Positions 60,620 to 63,759 of a stretch of DNA of 63,759 nt are shown piece by piece (positions within the stretch are counted from its first letter, which is position 1; each line of letters starts with the position of its first letter). The stretch is taken from NCBI GenBank assembly GCA_031412355.1, contig JANOCR010000063.1:1-63759 (forward strand). The letters are read 5' to 3'. Origin of the DNA: Ilumatobacteraceae bacterium. GTDB lineage: Bacteria > Actinomycetota > Acidimicrobiia > Acidimicrobiales > Ilumatobacteraceae. The notes beneath the pieces were generated by a model that worked only from the letters and a program-made list of their open reading frames with translations, did not search any database and was not told the DNA's origin. The translations under genes were made by a program, and so were the position numbers.

Positions 60620-62059
60620 ATGATGGAAGGTCCCTATCTCATCGGTGTCGACTGCGGCACGCAGAGCGCCAAGGTCGTCGTCTACGATGCTGCCGGGAAC
60701 GCGGTCGCGCGGGGCCAGCATGCCCTGCAGCCGATGGGCAGACCCCGGCACGGTGTCGCGATCCATACGGATGACGATCTCTGGGTATCGATCGCCACAG
60801 CGAGCCGCCAGGCGTTGGCCGTGTTCAACGGCGACGTCAACGACATCGTCGGCGTCGGGCTCTGCCCGATCCGGTGCTGCAAGGCCTTTCTCACAGCGGA
60901 TGGCTCGCTGGCTGAACCGGTGATCAGCTGGATGGACGACCGCGCCTACCAGCCGTACATACCCGACGACGCCGAGGTCACCTACGCCACGACCTCGTCG
61001 GGATATCTGGCCCATCGCCTCACGGGCATGTTCAGGGACACCGCGGCCAACAACATCTTGCTGCAATGGCCGATCGACACCGATACGTGGAAGTGGAGCG
61101 AGGACCCCGGTCTGTACAAGCAGTTCGGTGTCACGCCCGACATGCTGTTCGAACTACAGATGCCCGCCGATGTCATCGGCGGGGTCACGCCGGAAGCGGC
61201 CGAGGCCACCGGCCTCCCGGCCGGCGTACCGGTGGTCGCCACGGCCAACGACAAAGCAGTGGAGATGCTCGGTTCGGGTTCGCTGGGCGAGACGACGGCC
61301 CAGGTGTCTCTCGGCACGTACATCGCAGCGATGGTCCACGGGCGCGAGAACCACAAATCTCCGCAGCACTTCTGGACGAACTTCGCCTGCATACCGCACC
61401 GGTATCTCTACGAGAGCGGTGGGGTGCGCCGCGGAATGTGGACGCTCACCTGGTTCTTGGATCTCCTCGGTGCGGAGGTCGCCGAACGCGCCGCGTCGCT
61501 TGGGCTGTCACGGGAGGACTACATCGAGCGCGAAGCGGCACAGGTCACGGCGGGCTGCGACGGATTGATGACGGTGCTCGACTGGCTGGCACCGACCGAC
61601 AAGCCCTTTCGCAAGGGCATGATGCTCGGCTTCGACGCTCGCCATTCCCGGGGCCACGTCTACCGGTCGATACTCGAATCGATCGCGTTGACCATGAAGT
61701 ACCACGTGGATGCGATGTGCGACGAGCTCGGTATCACGCTGGAGGAAATCGTGCTGTCGGGCGGCGGTTCCAACAGCCCGCTGTTCATGGGCATCTTCGC
61801 CGACGTGTTCGGCATTCCGACGTCGCGCAGCGTCGACGGCGGCGGCGCCAGCCTCGGTGCCGCCATGTGTGCCGCCGTCGCCGCCGGCCTGCACCCCGAT
61901 ATCGAAACGGCGGCGTCCCGGATGGCGAAGCCACGCGAGTCGTTCACACCTGACCCCGCCAAAATGGAGGTCTACCAGCGCATGAGCCAGACCGTGTATC
62001 ACGACATCCGCAGCCACACCGATGCGCTCTTCGAGCGTTCCTATCCCCTCTTCCACTGA
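60620..62059 (+). CDS. FGGY-family carbohydrate kinase
   Basis: The N-terminus is YLIGVDCGTQSAKVVV. The C-terminal domain carries the FGGY motif LSGGGSNSPLFMGIFADVFG. Confidence 0.85.
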   Translation: MMEGPYLIGVDCGTQSAKVVVYDAAGNAVARGQHALQPMGRPRHGVAIHTDDDLWVSIATASRQALAVFNGDVNDIVGVGLCPIRCCKAFLTADGSLAEPVISWMDDRAYQPYIPDDAEVTYATTSSGYLAHRLTGMFRDTAANNILLQWPIDTDTWKWSEDPGLYKQFGVTPDMLFELQMPADVIGGVTPEAAEATGLPAGVPVVATANDKAVEMLGSGSLGETTAQVSLGTYIAAMVHGRENHKSPQHFWTNFACIPHRYLYESGGVRRGMWTLTWFLDLLGAEVAERAASLGLSREDYIEREAAQVTAGCDGLMTVLDWLAPTDKPFRKGMMLGFDARHSRGHVYRSILESIALTMKYHVDAMCDELGITLEEIVLSGGGSNSPLFMGIFADVFGIPTSRSVDGGGASLGAAMCAAVAAGLHPDIETAASRMAKPRESFTPDPAKMEVYQRMSQTVYHDIRSHTDALFERSYPLFH

Positions 62060-62086
62060 ACGTGTGCCCGAGAGAAGGTCGCCGCC

Positions 62087-63529
62087 ATGCCCCTCAACCC
62101 TGACGCCATCGTCGAACACCTGCAGCAGATCCTGGGGAGCGACTCCGTATTCACCGATACGCCGCTCCTACAGCAACGCAGCATCGACAACTTCCGCAAG
62201 CTGCAGAACATCTTCGAGGTGTACACGATGCCGCTGCCTGCGGCAGTGGCGGTGGTGCACAGCGCGCAGGACGTCGCAGCCGTGCTCGCATTTGCCGACG
62301 AACATGGTGTGAACGTGGTGGCCCGCACAGGGGGCACCGCCACCGAGGGAGGTCTCGAGACTCCCGTCGAGAATTCGATCGTGCTCGACGGCTCGCACAT
62401 GAACGAGATCATCATGATCGACACCTACAACATGCAGGCCACAGTGCAATGCGGCGTTCCCCTCCAGGTGCTCGAAGACAGCGCTCGCAAGCTGGGTCTG
62501 ACGACCGGCCATTCACCACAGTCGAAGCCGGTGGCCCAGATGGGCGGCCTCGTCGCCACGCGCAGCATCGGCCAGTTCTCCACGCTGTACGGAGGCATCG
62601 AAGACATGGTGGTCGGTGTCGAAGTGGTCTTCCCGGGTGGCCAGGTGTGTCGAATCAAGAACGTGCCGCGCCGCGCCGCCGGTCCCGACATCCGCCACAT
62701 CGTCATCGGCAACGAAGGAGCCCTGTGCTTCATCACCGAGGTCACTGTGAAGCTCTTCCCGTACATGCCGGAGAACAACACCTTCCTCGGCTGGACGCTG
62801 AAGGACATGAAGACCGGCTTCGAAGCGTTGCGGGAGGTGATGGTGGCCGGCTACAAGCCGTCCGTCGCCCGGCTGTACGACCAGGAGGACGGCCAACTGC
62901 ATTTCTCCGATTTTGCCGCACCCGACGACTGCGTGCTGTTGTTCATGGCCGAGGGGGCGGCAGGGATCGCCAAAGCAACGGCCGAGGGCATCGCCGAGAT
63001 CGTCGCCCGCCACCCCGAGTGCACCCCGGTCGACAGCCAACTGATCGCCGAGTGGTTCGACGACCTCGTGTGGGGCGTCGACAAGATCAATCGCGAGGAC
63101 GAACGAATCCGCACCACTCGCAACGTGAACCGCACCACCGAGATCTCCGCCGACTGGAGTTCGATCCACGACATCTACGTGAGCGCGCTCGCACGGATCC
63201 GACGCGAGATTCCCGGCATCACGCTGCTCGGCGGGCACTCGTCGCACAGCTACATCAACGGCACCAACATGTACTTCAACTACTTCTACGACCTCATCGA
63301 CTGCGCCCCGGAGGACGAGACCGCGAAGTACTACCTGCCCATCATTTCGATCATCTGCGAAGAGACACTTCGATATGGCGGCTCGATCGTCCACCACCAC
63401 GGCATCGGCAAAGCCCGAGCGCCGTGGGTGACGCACGAGTACGGGTCGTCGTACCCGATTCTCGAGACCCTCAAGCGCGCCTTCGACCCGAACGGCATCA
63501 TGAACATGGGCACCATCATCCCCCTTTGA
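62087..63529 (+). CDS. FAD-linked oxidase (FAD_binding_4 + C-terminal oxidase domain; GlcD / alkyl-DHAP-synthase-like)
   Basis: The PCMH-type FAD domain reads VVARTGGTATEGG, GGLVATRSIG and GNEGALCFITEVTVKL. The C-terminus carries HHHGIG. Confidence 0.8.
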   Translation: MPLNPDAIVEHLQQILGSDSVFTDTPLLQQRSIDNFRKLQNIFEVYTMPLPAAVAVVHSAQDVAAVLAFADEHGVNVVARTGGTATEGGLETPVENSIVLDGSHMNEIIMIDTYNMQATVQCGVPLQVLEDSARKLGLTTGHSPQSKPVAQMGGLVATRSIGQFSTLYGGIEDMVVGVEVVFPGGQVCRIKNVPRRAAGPDIRHIVIGNEGALCFITEVTVKLFPYMPENNTFLGWTLKDMKTGFEALREVMVAGYKPSVARLYDQEDGQLHFSDFAAPDDCVLLFMAEGAAGIAKATAEGIAEIVARHPECTPVDSQLIAEWFDDLVWGVDKINREDERIRTTRNVNRTTEISADWSSIHDIYVSALARIRREIPGITLLGGHSSHSYINGTNMYFNYFYDLIDCAPEDETAKYYLPIISIICEETLRYGGSIVHHHGIGKARAPWVTHEYGSSYPILETLKRAFDPNGIMNMGTIIPL

Positions 63530-63558
63530 GGAGTCCTCGGCTCGGGCTCAAGTCCAGC

Positions 63559-63759
63559 TCAGCCGCGGCCGGCGAAAGGCATTCCGGCGGCCATCACCGT
63601 CAGGAACAGCACGTTCGAACCAGCCGGCAGGCCGGCCATGTAGCGCACGGCACGGGCGGCATCGTCGACGTCCATCACCGGCTCGGCCCGGCGGCTTCCG
63701 TCGGGTTGGGGTACGCCATCGGCCATGCGAGCCGTCATCGGCGACTCGGCATTGCCGAT
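63559..63759 (-). CDS. SDR-family oxidoreductase, C-terminal fragment; 5' end outside window
   Basis: The minus-strand frame is open from the window edge: ...MDVDDAARAVRYMAGLPAGSNVLFLTVMAAGMPFAGRG*. This is a typical C-terminus of classical SDRs. Confidence 0.45.
   Translation of the reverse strand: MGNAESPMTARMADGVPQPDGSRRAEPVMDVDDAARAVRYMAGLPAGSNVLFLTVMAAGMPFAGRG

Overview
Visibly high-GC chromosomal segment, almost certainly actinobacterial: two WhiB-family genes, a SenX3/RegX3-like pair, Lnt, HemY-type heme genes, and many ATGA/GTGA start-stop overlaps. I call about 58 protein genes. I found no rRNA, tRNA, CRISPR array, transposase or integrase. Many long ORFs in the six-frame track are antisense or alternate-frame artefacts of the GC content, and several real genes start well inside the listed ORF. 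In order, the window holds: heme genes (hemH fragment, hemY); envelope genes (lipoprotein sortase, lnt); dtd; a GT4-methyltransferase-prenyltransferase-like triad; ALDH7-like dehydrogenase; tesB; a PQQ sugar dehydrogenase; a moaE-TM-mreB-RNB operon; a phosphate block (phoU-senX3-regX3 with a PHO-box-like repeat, then ppk); whiB-tatA-whiB; and a desaturase/PhnD-like/TetR operon. The main candidate system is a seven-gene corrinoid-dependent methyltransferase operon at 31280-38348. It encodes a corrinoid protein, DUF1638, a small accessory protein, a methyl-THF:corrinoid methyltransferase, a 2Fe-2S/ASKHA reductive activator, a non-pyrrolysine MttB-family methyltransferase and an MTHFR-like enzyme. 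A second MttB paralog is coupled to a dimethylglycine-dehydrogenase-type enzyme at 46147-50156. Together they predict an oxygen-independent, B12-dependent quaternary-amine (betaine-type) demethylation route in an organism that otherwise looks aerobic; the substrates are unknown. Further items: a Na+/H+ antiporter fused to a UBP-type zinc finger; a 1225-aa mosaic repeat surface protein next to an ECF sigma pair; a metzincin with a triple N-terminal repeat; a paired ABC exporter; a polyol/sugar-type cluster; and two intergenic tandem palindromic elements that share a core and may form a REP-like family. All homology calls come from motif recognition by eye, since no searches were run.
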